Positions 46,126-56,410 of a stretch of DNA of 63,463 nt are shown here, one piece after another. Source of the DNA: an uncultured Pseudomonadales bacterium (GTDB lineage: Bacteria > Patescibacteriota > Microgenomatia > UBA1400 > PJMF01). The stretch is taken from positions 1 through 63,463 of the forward strand of contig CAYSMC010000023.1 in assembly GCA_964432115.1 (NCBI GenBank). Direction: 5' to 3'. The translations under genes and the position numbers were made by a program. Under the pieces are notes generated by a model. The model was not told the origin of the DNA. It saw only the letters and a list, made by a program, of their open reading frames with translations, and did no database searches. How positions within the stretch are numbered: the first letter of the stretch is position 1; each line of letters begins with the position of its first letter.

Positions 46126-47544
46126 TTAGGCTAACATAGTTTTTAAATAATTATCAAGTTCACTAATGGCCAGTCTTTCTTGCTTGGCAGAATCACGATG
46201 GCGAATAGTGACAGTGTCGTTTTCCAAAGTTTCAAAATCAATAGTAATGCAAAAAGGTGTGCCAATTTCGTCTTGAGCTAAATAGCGTTTACCGATATTG
46301 CCCCGTTCGTCCCAAGCCACCTGATATTTTGGACGCAAATCTTCATAAACTTGTTTGGCTTTATCTACCAATTCACTTTTATTTTTTAAGAGTGGAAAGA
46401 CTGCTAGTTGATAAGGAGCGATCTTGGCTTTGAAAGCCATCACAATTCGTTCTTTATCAGCATCTTCTTGATAAGCATCACAGAGCAACATCAGTAGCAA
46501 ACGATTTATTCCAGCCGCTGGTTCAATAACATGAGGTAAAAATTTTTTATTCGTCTGAGGATCAATATATTCTAGCGATTGTTTGGAAAATTCTTGCTGT
46601 TTTTTAAGGTCATAATCAGTGCGATAAGCAATTCCCCATAGCTCTTTCCAGCCAAAAGGATAATGATATTCCAGATCATAGGTTTCTTGACTGTAATGAC
46701 TGCGTTCTTGATCAGTGTGACGGCGCCAACGTAAATTTTCTTCTTTAACGCCTAACACTTTGGTGACAAAATCCCACATTTGTTTTTGCCAATCTTTAAA
46801 TAAATCTTCCCAATTATTAGTTTCTGGATCAAAAAAGTATTCAATTTCCGCTTGTTCAAATTCAAGAGTGCGAAAAATAAATTGACCAGTAGTGATTTCA
46901 TTGCGAAAACTTTTACCAATTTGGCCAACCCCAAAAGGTAATTTTTGTCTGGTACTATTTAAAATTTGTTTAAAGTTAGAAAAAATACCCTGAGCAGTTT
47001 CCCCACGCAGATACACTCGATTTTTTTTATCGGTGACAGCCCCAATGGCGGTTTCAAACAAGATGTTAAAATCTTGAGCTTTTGAAAGCGGGTTACCATC
47101 TGGAGATTTGATTTGGTGTTTTTCTATTAAATCGTCCAGCTCCCTGGTAGATAAGTTAGCAATGACAATTTCTTGTTGTTTTTCGGGGTGCTTATTGAAG
47201 TATTCTTCAATTAAGAGATCAACTCGATAGCGTTTATGATTAACTTGATCTTCAACTAAAGGGTCGGTAAAAGAATCCACATGACCAGAAGCCACCCAAG
47301 TTTGCGGATGAAGCAAAATCTGGCTGTCGAGTCCCAACATATCGTCGCGGCGACGAATAAAAAAATCCCACCATAATTCTTTAACTTTTAGTAAAAGTTC
47401 GGTGCCCAACGGGCCATAGTCATAAGAATTGGCCAAGCCACCATAAATTTCACTAGTTTGAAAAATAAAACTCCGCCTTTTGGCTAAAGCAGTAATTTTT
47501 TCGAGGTTGACTGAAGTTTGGCTGTCATTTGTCATGTTTTTCAT
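46126..47544 (-). CDS. glyQS: glycyl-tRNA synthetase (alpha2 dimeric type)
   Basis: 472 aa. Motifs SEIYGGLANSYDYGPLG, FRNEITTGQFIFRTLEFEQAEIEYF and the C-terminal anticodon-binding domain. Confidence 0.95.
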   Translation of the reverse strand: MKNMTNDSQTSVNLEKITALAKRRSFIFQTSEIYGGLANSYDYGPLGTELLLKVKELWWDFFIRRRDDMLGLDSQILLHPQTWVASGHVDSFTDPLVEDQVNHKRYRVDLLIEEYFNKHPEKQQEIVIANLSTRELDDLIEKHQIKSPDGNPLSKAQDFNILFETAIGAVTDKKNRVYLRGETAQGIFSNFKQILNSTRQKLPFGVGQIGKSFRNEITTGQFIFRTLEFEQAEIEYFFDPETNNWEDLFKDWQKQMWDFVTKVLGVKEENLRWRRHTDQERSHYSQETYDLEYHYPFGWKELWGIAYRTDYDLKKQQEFSKQSLEYIDPQTNKKFLPHVIEPAAGINRLLLMLLCDAYQEDADKERIVMAFKAKIAPYQLAVFPLLKNKSELVDKAKQVYEDLRPKYQVAWDERGNIGKRYLAQDEIGTPFCITIDFETLENDTVTIRHRDSAKQERLAISELDNYLKTMLA

Positions 47545-47581
47545 TTCCAGGCAAAATTATATTACAAAAAGTGATCTAAAA

Positions 47582-48148
47582 CTAGCTTCGGCTGTGAGTA
47601 TTTAAAAAATCAAAGCTTTTCATTTTTTGTTCACTAATTTCTGCCACATAATCTTGAATACTTTGATGTTTAGTATCTTTGATATCTCGGTAGCCAAGTA
47701 AAATTAATAATTGATTGAGAAGTTTTTTGATTCTTCCAGCCTGATTGTTGTCACTTAGTACCAATTTTTCGATTTCTTTGGCTAAGACAAAACTGCCCTC
47801 ATCGATGAATTCTTCGACAAATAAGCGATCAAAAATTTCTAAAATTTGTTGAATGTGGCCAATTTTTTTAAGAGCCAGTGTTTGAGGGAGATTTTGATAA
47901 ATTCGACTAGTATCAAACAATAAACGACTTTGAGTGAGAAGAATTGGCCCTTTGGTCTCGATGCAAAAAGCTTGGATTAAGTTACCAGGCTCTAAATTAG
48001 CTCGATTAGAGGAATTAAGGCGGCGCGCGCCTTTGGCCAGCACCAACAATTTACCGCGATCTTGAGTCAATAAAGTCAGCAAGCGATCGGTTTCGCCCAT
48101 GGCGCGCCGCTTCAACACGATAGCTTGAGTGGAAAAAGATCGAGACAT
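47582..48148 (-). CDS. recO: DNA repair protein RecO (short form)
   Basis: 188 aa. N-terminal OB-fold pattern AIVLKRRAMGETDRLLTLLTQDRGKLLVLAKGARR. No Cys4 zinc motif. Confidence 0.75.
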   Translation of the reverse strand: MSRSFSTQAIVLKRRAMGETDRLLTLLTQDRGKLLVLAKGARRLNSSNRANLEPGNLIQAFCIETKGPILLTQSRLLFDTSRIYQNLPQTLALKKIGHIQQILEIFDRLFVEEFIDEGSFVLAKEIEKLVLSDNNQAGRIKKLLNQLLILLGYRDIKDTKHQSIQDYVAEISEQKMKSFDFLNTHSRS

Positions 48149-48150
48149 TT

Positions 48151-50160
48151 TTAAAAGATTGTTGAATATTCTAAATCTTGATTCATCAACAATTCCTCTT
48201 CTCCACCAGTCACTTCTATTAATACAGGCACAGGATCAATACCACCCTGTTTCCATAGACGTAAATTATAGTTTTCTTGATCTTGATAAGGCACTCGATA
48301 ATTCATGCGGATTCTGGCTAGTCCCAGTGGTTCTAACTTGAAGAAACCATCAACCACGGTAAAACTTTCTTCTTCATAAACTTCGGCTGCTTCTTCTAAA
48401 CCCTGAATCTCAATTAGTTCAGAATTGGGTGGTAAATAAAGTCTGATCCAATCGTTGAGAGTAGCATTAAGACACAACAAACCATCTTCTAAATTACAAT
48501 TATCAGCTGCTGCACTGTTGCGATAAGTAATTTCTAAAGTATTAGTTAAATAACCATCGCTGGGTTCACTAACAATTAATTTAAGATCATAATCAATAAA
48601 TAAATTAGATTTAGCGCCTCCTAAATTAACATTAATAATGGCTAAAAAGTCCTGGTTTTGGCCAAATTTCCAGCTTTTAAAGTTATTGGGCAGTTGATAA
48701 AGTCGGCCTGCCGCAGCAATTTTTTCGGCCGCTAATTGGGAATTTTCGTCGATAAAATAAAGTTGCAGATGACGAGCTTTCATACTATTGATGGCAACAG
48801 TGATCAGATCCGGAAATTTTGTTTTATCTAATTCATAGGTTTTGCTTAAAATAGCACTCATCAGTGGGCCAAGCACACCTTTGCGATCTTCTTTGATGTA
48901 ATTGGTCGGTCGAGTGATAATTTCCGACAGGGCATAAACCACCTGAGGACAATCACAGCGTTGATCCACTTCAGCACTAAAAGTTCCATATCCCGGGATT
49001 TGCACTGGCCCAATGACTTCTAACAACCAAGTTAGCACCTGAGTGTCAACCGCGATGATGCCGTCAATATCATCTGGTTCACCGGGGACAGTTTGGTAAT
49101 ATTGATAAAAAGTTTCCATTGATTTCTTAAAATCAGGATAAATATTCATGTCTCTCAGATTCCAATAACGTTCAGTAGTCAAATATTTTCCTAATTCCTC
49201 GGGGATAGGGATATTTTGTCTAAATTTAAGATCTAAATCATAAATATCTCCAGATTTTTCTGGAACAACTGTCCCTTTGTCGATTTGGATAATTGAATAG
49301 GCGGTTAAAAAACCACCAGTTGGTCGCAATTCGTTATCATTTTGAAAGAGAATTAAATATTTTTGAGGTTCTTTGGCGCCGGCCATTTTTGCCAATTCTC
49401 CAATAATTGGTTTGTAGTCGCTGTAAGTGTGAACCGCTTGAGTAATTTGTTTTTGAATATCAATAATTACTTGACGAACTAGTTGCCCAGCTAATTTTTC
49501 TGGATAATGATTAGTATCAATTTCTTGACTTAAATTTTCAATTTCTTGGAGTTTACTTTCAATGTCATCAATCTCTGGTTGAATTGTTTCCAAAGTTTCC
49601 AAAATTAAAACGATGCGATCTTGAGTGGTACCTCCTTCGAAGCTACCCTCTCCTTCAAAACCTAAAATATCACTATAAGGCAACAAAACATTAATTGCTT
49701 GCTGGACCAAATCAACACTCTTGTGAGCCATGGTGAGCACAATTTTTCCATCACCATAATAACGGCGAGCAATTGGTAAATATTGATAAATCTTTAAGCT
49801 TTGATATTCGTTGTCCAAGGCAGTTAAGTTTTCCTTGACTGCAACAATCTTGTCTGGTAGGACTAGTAAATTTTGAGTTTTAAGCAAATCGAGACTTTCC
49901 ATAGCCAAAACTTTAGTTGAATTAGCCAGATTAATCATTCGTCGCACACGGAAGTAACTGTAACTAACAAGTACAGTTAATAATAATAAAAAAGTTAATA
50001 GAGAAATTAATAGGGTTTTTTGCCACTTTTTTAAAGGTAAGCGTTGTTGTTTTTTATGGAATTTGTTCATAAAGATAGCCCTAAAAGACTTCTTTTTAGG
50101 GTTAGGTGGTGGTGTTGAATTGTCGTTAAACAACGGATCGGTATTAATCAAATCTTGCAT
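48151..50160 (-). CDS. DUF4012 domain membrane-anchored protein
   Basis: 669 aa. One N-terminal TM helix (LLISLLTFLLLLTVLV). The motif NDNELRPTGGFLTAYS is typical of DUF4012. Confidence 0.75.
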   Translation of the reverse strand: MQDLINTDPLFNDNSTPPPNPKKKSFRAIFMNKFHKKQQRLPLKKWQKTLLISLLTFLLLLTVLVSYSYFRVRRMINLANSTKVLAMESLDLLKTQNLLVLPDKIVAVKENLTALDNEYQSLKIYQYLPIARRYYGDGKIVLTMAHKSVDLVQQAINVLLPYSDILGFEGEGSFEGGTTQDRIVLILETLETIQPEIDDIESKLQEIENLSQEIDTNHYPEKLAGQLVRQVIIDIQKQITQAVHTYSDYKPIIGELAKMAGAKEPQKYLILFQNDNELRPTGGFLTAYSIIQIDKGTVVPEKSGDIYDLDLKFRQNIPIPEELGKYLTTERYWNLRDMNIYPDFKKSMETFYQYYQTVPGEPDDIDGIIAVDTQVLTWLLEVIGPVQIPGYGTFSAEVDQRCDCPQVVYALSEIITRPTNYIKEDRKGVLGPLMSAILSKTYELDKTKFPDLITVAINSMKARHLQLYFIDENSQLAAEKIAAAGRLYQLPNNFKSWKFGQNQDFLAIINVNLGGAKSNLFIDYDLKLIVSEPSDGYLTNTLEITYRNSAAADNCNLEDGLLCLNATLNDWIRLYLPPNSELIEIQGLEEAAEVYEEESFTVVDGFFKLEPLGLARIRMNYRVPYQDQENYNLRLWKQGGIDPVPVLIEVTGGEEELLMNQDLEYSTIF

Positions 50161-50167
50161 AACTTAC

Positions 50168-50176
50168 AGTATAGCA
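50168..50176 (-). promoter_or_regulatory. extended -10 promoter for the DUF4012 gene
   Basis: Minus strand TGCTATACT, 7 nt upstream of ATG 50160, in the 18-nt gap after the sugar transferase gene. Confidence 0.4.
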
Positions 50177-50178
50177 AA

Positions 50179-50805
50179 TTACCACTTAGAAAGCATGGCT
50201 TTCGGTGTTTTGATCAAGATGGCTAGATCTTGACGAATAGAACGATTTTTGGCGTAATTTGAATCAATTAAGGCCCTAGTTTTAAAAGGAATTTCATTGC
50301 GACCACCAGTTTGCCAGGGTCCAGTAATGCCAGGTTTAACAGAGAGAATATCCTGAACATATTTTTTAGTTTCTGGATATTTATTAGTTTGTTCTTTTAA
50401 TTCTTTTTTAACATAAGCTCGTGGTCCGACAATGCTCATTTCTCCACGAAAGACGTTAAATAGTTGAGGAAATTCATCAATAGTGAAAGCACGTAAAAAA
50501 CGACCTAAGCGGGTAATACGTGGATCGTCTTTGGCAGCGATTTTCCAATCATTATTTTTAAATTTATCCAGTAATTCATGATTTTTACGATGTAGGATTT
50601 CATCGGCGTTTTGAACCATGCTACGAAATTTAAATAAATCAAATTCTTGACCACCTTTGCCCACGCGACGATGAGAAAAAAAAATTGGTCGTCCAGAATC
50701 AATTAAAATTAAAAGGGGTACAATTACCCAAAATGGTAAAAACGCAATCAGCAATATAGTAGCCACTAGCAAATCTAACACACGTTTTTTAAATTCATAA
50801 TTCAT
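50179..50805 (-). CDS. polyprenyl-phosphate sugar-phosphate transferase (monotopic PGT, WbaP/PglC-like)
   Basis: 208 aa. N-terminal re-entrant helix. Motifs KFRSM, DEFPQLFNVFRGEMSIVGPRA. Confidence 0.85.
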   Translation of the reverse strand: MNYEFKKRVLDLLVATILLIAFLPFWVIVPLLILIDSGRPIFFSHRRVGKGGQEFDLFKFRSMVQNADEILHRKNHELLDKFKNNDWKIAAKDDPRITRLGRFLRAFTIDEFPQLFNVFRGEMSIVGPRAYVKKELKEQTNKYPETKKYVQDILSVKPGITGPWQTGGRNEIPFKTRALIDSNYAKNRSIRQDLAILIKTPKAMLSKW

Positions 50806-50831
50806 AGTTAATTTTCAGTATATAGTTTTTG

Positions 50832-51935
50832 TTAAAGATATTCTTTTTTGCCCTCTTCTTTAAGTTGATTAACTAATTTTTTTACATCTTGGGCATTATT
50901 TTTGGGACAAATTAAAAGAACTTCCTTTGTGTCGACAATAATTAAATCTTTAACACCGTAAAGAGCAATCAAACGATGATTGCCATGAATTAAATTGGCG
51001 TGGGCTTTTTGGGTAATAATTTGTACGTTTTGATCTTCTCCAAGCACGACGTTGCCAGCATTATTTTTTTTACCCAATTGATAGACTACTTGCCAATCAC
51101 CTACATCATTCCAGCCAAAATCACCAGGGATTAACACTAAGTTATCTGCTTTTTCACTGATAGCATAATCAATGGAAATTGCTTCCGCCTCTTGATAGAT
51201 ATCTTTAATAGCTTGATGAAATTGTTCTGTCTTTAGTTTTTCCAAATGCTTAGTTAGTTGATGCATCTGGGGCATATGTTTGCTGAAGCTTTTTTGAATG
51301 GCTTTAGCTGACCAAACGTACATGTTAGCATTCCAAAAATAGCGACCGGTGGAAATAAAAGCAGCGGCCGTAGCCAATTTCGGTTTTTCAGTAAAACTAT
51401 CAACTTTAAATAAACTTAAATCTCGATCAAGTTTTTTAATTTCTTTACCGGCTTTAATATAGCCAAAAGCACTGGTTGGGTATGTGGGAGTAATACCAAC
51501 GGTGATCAGATACTGATGTTTTTCAGCCGTCATGACTGCTTTATTCATCACTCGATCAAATTCATCCAGATTAGTGACAATGTGATCTGAAGCAGCGTTA
51601 ATGATCACAGCATTTTTATCCTTGCTTTTAGCATAAAGAGCACCAACTAACATAGCTAAAGCTGTGTCTTTTTTGCTAGGTTCAGCAATAATGTTTTCTT
51701 TAATGACTTGGGGTAATTGTTTGCTGACTTCTTTAACATATTTCTTATTAGTTACCACGATTACATTTGACCAATCAACCAAGCGATTAATGCGCTCAGC
51801 CGCAATTTGCATCATGCTTTGACTACCCGTTAATTTAAGAAATTGTTTGGGAAAATTATCTCGAGATTTTGGCCAAAGTCTGGTACCGCCACCACCAGCT
51901 AACAAAACGGCGTACAGGTGTTTATTGTTGTTCAT
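50832..51935 (-). CDS. manC: mannose-1-phosphate guanylyltransferase
   Basis: 367 aa. AVLLAGGGGTRLWPKSR nucleotidyltransferase loop. No C-terminal cupin/PMI domain. Confidence 0.8.
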   Translation of the reverse strand: MNNNKHLYAVLLAGGGGTRLWPKSRDNFPKQFLKLTGSQSMMQIAAERINRLVDWSNVIVVTNKKYVKEVSKQLPQVIKENIIAEPSKKDTALAMLVGALYAKSKDKNAVIINAASDHIVTNLDEFDRVMNKAVMTAEKHQYLITVGITPTYPTSAFGYIKAGKEIKKLDRDLSLFKVDSFTEKPKLATAAAFISTGRYFWNANMYVWSAKAIQKSFSKHMPQMHQLTKHLEKLKTEQFHQAIKDIYQEAEAISIDYAISEKADNLVLIPGDFGWNDVGDWQVVYQLGKKNNAGNVVLGEDQNVQIITQKAHANLIHGNHRLIALYGVKDLIIVDTKEVLLICPKNNAQDVKKLVNQLKEEGKKEYL

Positions 51936-53142
51936 TAAATTTCTTTCTATATGCAGCTTCTAATTGTCGATTAAATCTTCTTAAAAAATGACTAGTATCA
52001 TATTTTATAGCGTTTTTAGTTAAAATTTCCAGGTCAAAATCTTTACTTTCTAAAACTTCCATTTTTTGACAGAGTTCTGTGACATATTGCTCGCTGTGTT
52101 CTTCGCGCATAATTTCGGGATAATTTAAGTGTAAAGCATGTTGTCCATCGATCAGCAACTCACTGGCTCCTGAATGTTGATGAATAATGACTGGCAAAGC
52201 ATGAAGGTTAGCTTCGAGTGCTACAATCCCAAAATCATCAATACCGGGCATTAATAAAGCTCGAGCATTAGCATAAAGTTGACTGAGCTGGGTGTCGCTA
52301 ACCTGTTTTTGGAAAATAATTTGTTTAAAATTAGCGGTTTTTTGATTTTTTGCTAATAACAAATCATGACTAAGTTTCTTGAGCTGTCGATATTTGGGGC
52401 CGTCACCAACAATAATTAATTGTCGATCTAGTTTAACGCAAGCTCTAATAGCTAAATCAATATTTTTATAAGGTATCAATCGACTAACCATTAAATAATA
52501 AGCCTGTCTGTTTTGAACTTTAATTGGCTGAGCGGCTAAAAGAGACTGAAAAGCTTTAACATCAACGGGTGGGTAGATAACGGGGTGATTATCTAAATGA
52601 TAATATTTTTGGATGCGTTTTGCTACATTTTGGGAGATGGGTACGATTAAGTCTGGTCGATGAATGGCTAAATGATCCCATTTTTTTAAGTAATTGAGGG
52701 CTTTTTTAGCTAATGATCTGATGATTGGCCAGTTTAAAATAGGAGTTTTTTGCCAGTAGTTTGTTTGGTAGTGATAAAGGTAGCGTGGCGGAGTTAACAA
52801 ATATGAGAGATGTAATTGATCACTTCGAGTAATTACTCCTTTGGCTTCGGCACTGCTGACAGAGATAATAATTTCATACTTTTTTAAATCTAGAGTTTCA
52901 AAAGCCAAAGGCATGAAAACAGCTAACAAACGATGAAGGTGTTTAGCAAATGGAATTTTTTGCAAAAAACTGGTTTTAACGGTAAAAACTTTGGCCCAGG
53001 GTGCTTTTCTAGGAGAATAAACAGAAGTAAATAGATCAGCTTTGGGATAAAGTTGATGTAGGGCGAGTAACACTTTTTCTGCTCCACCAAATTGAGTGTT
53101 GACTCGATCGTAAACGATAGCAATGTGGTGAGTATTTAACAT
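51922..53142 (-). CDS. family 4 glycosyltransferase
   Basis: I prefer ATG 53142 (MLNTHHIAIVYDRVNTQFGGAEKV) over the GTG 53205 of the ORF track. Has the GT-B C-terminal domain with an E-x7-E-like region. Confidence 0.8.
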   Translation of the reverse strand: MLNTHHIAIVYDRVNTQFGGAEKVLLALHQLYPKADLFTSVYSPRKAPWAKVFTVKTSFLQKIPFAKHLHRLLAVFMPLAFETLDLKKYEIIISVSSAEAKGVITRSDQLHLSYLLTPPRYLYHYQTNYWQKTPILNWPIIRSLAKKALNYLKKWDHLAIHRPDLIVPISQNVAKRIQKYYHLDNHPVIYPPVDVKAFQSLLAAQPIKVQNRQAYYLMVSRLIPYKNIDLAIRACVKLDRQLIIVGDGPKYRQLKKLSHDLLLAKNQKTANFKQIIFQKQVSDTQLSQLYANARALLMPGIDDFGIVALEANLHALPVIIHQHSGASELLIDGQHALHLNYPEIMREEHSEQYVTELCQKMEVLESKDFDLEILTKNAIKYDTSHFLRRFNRQLEAAYRKKFNEQQ

Positions 53143-54314
53143 AATTGCTTTGATTTGAGAATCGTCAGATAGACTCGACAGCTTAACTCGGCCAGATCTT
53201 GCCACTGATATTTTTTGGCAAAATCTAAATTATTTTGAATAATCTGTTCGCGTTTACTGAACTCAAGTTTTTCTAAGGCAGTAAGAAAGCTCTGACTTTC
53301 TTTAGGGTTAAAATAAAAAGCTTGATCTTGATAAATTTCATGAAAAATGGGAATATCACTAGCCAGTACCGCTGTGCCGCTTGCCATCGCTTCAATGCCA
53401 GTTAAACCAAAACCTTCTGATAGTGAGGGCTGAACTAAAGCCATTGATTCTTGATAAAGTTTGATGAGTTTTGAATCTGGGACATAGCCTAAAAATTTAA
53501 CTTGACGTTTAACTTTATAACGAGCCACCATTTTACGCACTTGGGTTTGAAAAACATTGCGCGAACCAACGACTAATAATTGATATTTAGGCAATTTTTT
53601 TAAAGCTTTAATCACTAAAATAATATTTTTGTGTGGATAAAGCGAGCCAGTATAAATCAGTTGTTTTTTAATTCTTTTTTTAGCTAAGACTTTGGACGAG
53701 ACCAAGTTTAAATTCTTCTGATAAGTTTCGGCAATACCTTCCTTAGTGACAACAATTTTATCTTGAACATGACGATAATATTTAGTAACAGTGTTTTTAA
53801 TAGTTTGAGCAGGCACTAAAATAAATTTAGCTTGTGCGATAGCTTGTTTAACTACAATTAAATAGGCTAGATATTTAGCATAATAAGCTATTGGCTTGAG
53901 GGTAGTGACTTGCATGCCCTTTTGCTGGTGCCACAGCAAATCATGAATGGTAATTACCAAATTTTGTCGATAAAAAATAGGGATATTAAAATGAGGAACA
54001 TGTAAAAGATCAAGTTTGGCTCGACGATAAATTTTTGGCAAACATAATTGTTCTTTCAAACTGTAATGACGAATATCAATTAATTGAATACTAATATGAT
54101 ATTTTTTGGCTTTTTGGTAAAAATCTTGACCCAAAACAGCTTTAGCTTGATTTAAATTTCTAAAAAATAAGACTAAGTGAAACAAATTTTTTTCTTGGTT
54201 GATTTTGATTGTTTCTCTCACTAAATTTTCACAATAACGACCAATTCCAGCGTGTTCACTGCCAGACAGGCGACAATCAATACCTAAACGATATCTTTTT
54301 TTCTTGTTTATCAT
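53136..54314 (-). CDS. family 4 glycosyltransferase
   Basis: 392 aa. GT-B fold with C-terminal SLSEGFGLTGIEAMASG. Confidence 0.8.
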   Translation of the reverse strand: MINKKKRYRLGIDCRLSGSEHAGIGRYCENLVRETIKINQEKNLFHLVLFFRNLNQAKAVLGQDFYQKAKKYHISIQLIDIRHYSLKEQLCLPKIYRRAKLDLLHVPHFNIPIFYRQNLVITIHDLLWHQQKGMQVTTLKPIAYYAKYLAYLIVVKQAIAQAKFILVPAQTIKNTVTKYYRHVQDKIVVTKEGIAETYQKNLNLVSSKVLAKKRIKKQLIYTGSLYPHKNIILVIKALKKLPKYQLLVVGSRNVFQTQVRKMVARYKVKRQVKFLGYVPDSKLIKLYQESMALVQPSLSEGFGLTGIEAMASGTAVLASDIPIFHEIYQDQAFYFNPKESQSFLTALEKLEFSKREQIIQNNLDFAKKYQWQDLAELSCRVYLTILKSKQLC

Positions 54315-54316
54315 AA

Positions 54317-55195
54317 TTAGCGACCATCTCTTTTAACAAAAATATAAGAGCGAATGATGCGTCGTAGGAAATTTGGATATTTGGGACCATAATATTTATC
54401 ATAATAAGTGAGCATGGCGTCGTAAAAAAAGCTATTGGTTTTTTTAGCCGTTTTTTTATTAACACTTTTAATGCCAGATTTATATTTGTGATGAATAATA
54501 GTAACTTGAGGATAAAAAATCACCTGATAATTAGCATCACGAAAACGCCGACACCAATCTAAATCTTCACCATACATAAAGAAGTTTTCGTCTAATAAAC
54601 CTACTTTTTTAATCGCACTTTGCTTAACCATCATGGCTGCTCCGGAAATGGCGTCGACTTGATGAATTTGATCTAAGTTTAAATGGCCCAAGTGATATTG
54701 AGCAAAGAATTTATTTTTTGGAAACAATTTTTCCAAACCAACAAAATAAGTAAAAGCTGCCCAAGGATGTGGTTCTCCCCGATGACTAGCCGGATCCAAT
54801 TGACCATTGCTTAATTCTAAACGAGGACCAACGACAGCCACTTGACGATTTTTATCTAAATAATCAATTAAAATATCCAGGCTACTTTTACCTGCCAAGA
54901 ATTCAGTATCGCTGTTTAACAACATTACATAACGAGCTTGAGTCTGACGCAGTGCCACATTGTTGCCAAAAGCAAAACCACCATTGTGCCCAGATTGCAA
55001 AACTGTCACCCATTGAAAGTTTTTTTTTAGAAAATTAACACTGTCATCTTGACTATCATTGTCGACCACAACAACTTCTACTTTGTATTTGCTGTGTTTA
55101 AGATAGTGTTTGTCTATAGTTGGTAATAACTTTTTTAACCAAAACAAACCATTGTAGTTGAGAATAATAATGCTTAAATCTAATTTTTTTGCCAT
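54317..55195 (-). CDS. family 2 glycosyltransferase (rhamnosyltransferase-like)
   Basis: 292 aa. Motifs LSIIILNYNG, VVVVDNDSQDDS and LNSDTEF. Confidence 0.8.
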   Translation of the reverse strand: MAKKLDLSIIILNYNGLFWLKKLLPTIDKHYLKHSKYKVEVVVVDNDSQDDSVNFLKKNFQWVTVLQSGHNGGFAFGNNVALRQTQARYVMLLNSDTEFLAGKSSLDILIDYLDKNRQVAVVGPRLELSNGQLDPASHRGEPHPWAAFTYFVGLEKLFPKNKFFAQYHLGHLNLDQIHQVDAISGAAMMVKQSAIKKVGLLDENFFMYGEDLDWCRRFRDANYQVIFYPQVTIIHHKYKSGIKSVNKKTAKKTNSFFYDAMLTYYDKYYGPKYPNFLRRIIRSYIFVKRDGR

Positions 55196-55198
55196 AAC

Positions 55199-56398
55199 TT
55201 ACTTTTTTATTTTACCGATTTTCTGGTAAATAGCATCGAGTTTTTGAGAAATCATTTGCCAATCATAATGATCTTGAACAAATTGTTTACCATTGTTAGA
55301 AAGTTTTTTCCACAATTTTTGATCAGTTAAAACTTTGATTGTTAACTTAGCTAATTCTTGAGCATCATTACTGATTAAGACATGTTGGCCGTTTTTCACG
55401 TCCAAGCCTTCGACTGCAATTTTACTGGCTACCACTGGAGTAGAACAAGCCATTGCTTCTAAAATTTTATAACGAGTGCCTTTACCACTAAAAACAGGAG
55501 CTAGCAAGAGGTCAGCACTTTTAAAAGCATAACGAATGTCATCAATCTGACCAGCAACATCAATGTTTGGATCATTGATGCCATAATTAAGTACTTTTTG
55601 ACTAGGAGCATTACCGACAATTTTTAAACGAACTGTTTTTAATTGTTGTTTGACTAAGGGCCAGATTTTTTCAACTAAAAATTCCACAGCTTCTCGATTG
55701 GGTAACCATTTAAAAGTGCCAACAGACAAGATAGTGGGGATAGGAGCTTTTTGACGAGGGATTTGATCAAACCACTTATTATCTACACCATTAGCTACCA
55801 CCGCAATTTTATCTTCTCTACCCAACTCTTTGGCAATAAATTTTTTATCTTCACTGCTCATCACAATTAATTGATCAGCTTCTTGCCAATAATGTTTTTC
55901 CCAACTGCGAATTTTATTGACATCAATGTTGAGAATTGGTCGCAGAAAAGCTGGTGCTTTGTTGGCGTAATTTTCATAACCTAGATATTCAATAGTTTGT
56001 TCAACTAAAATACTAGGGATTTTAAGATCAGGTAAGTGGGACATCATGTAAAAAGTTTCAGCATGAATTAGATCATAATCGCTATTGGCCAATTCTTCTT
56101 TAATGGCACCGGTGACTGTCAACGATTGGTTGCGAATGACCAAAAATGGATAGGAAGAAAAGGCAGTTTTGAGAATATTTTTGACCGTAAAGGGTTTACG
56201 ACTCCGTTTAAAAACTCGCACCTGATGGCAATATTTTTCCAATTCACCAATATAGGCTTTTTCGCTCTCATCTTTGATTAGGGCAAAAAGAGTAATTTGG
56301 TGTTTTTTGGCTAGTTTTTTTAAGAGATTGTAAGTGCGAATTTGTCCACCAGATAAGAGTGGATAAGGCAAATAAGGGGTTAACATTAAAATTTTCAT
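55199..56398 (-). CDS. family 4 glycosyltransferase
   Basis: 399 aa. MKILMLTPYLPYPLLSGGQIR N-terminus. GT-B C-terminal domain with GTRYKILEAMA. Confidence 0.8.
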   Translation of the reverse strand: MKILMLTPYLPYPLLSGGQIRTYNLLKKLAKKHQITLFALIKDESEKAYIGELEKYCHQVRVFKRSRKPFTVKNILKTAFSSYPFLVIRNQSLTVTGAIKEELANSDYDLIHAETFYMMSHLPDLKIPSILVEQTIEYLGYENYANKAPAFLRPILNIDVNKIRSWEKHYWQEADQLIVMSSEDKKFIAKELGREDKIAVVANGVDNKWFDQIPRQKAPIPTILSVGTFKWLPNREAVEFLVEKIWPLVKQQLKTVRLKIVGNAPSQKVLNYGINDPNIDVAGQIDDIRYAFKSADLLLAPVFSGKGTRYKILEAMACSTPVVASKIAVEGLDVKNGQHVLISNDAQELAKLTIKVLTDQKLWKKLSNNGKQFVQDHYDWQMISQKLDAIYQKIGKIKK

Positions 56399-56410
56399 GA
56401 TCTGTTTCTT

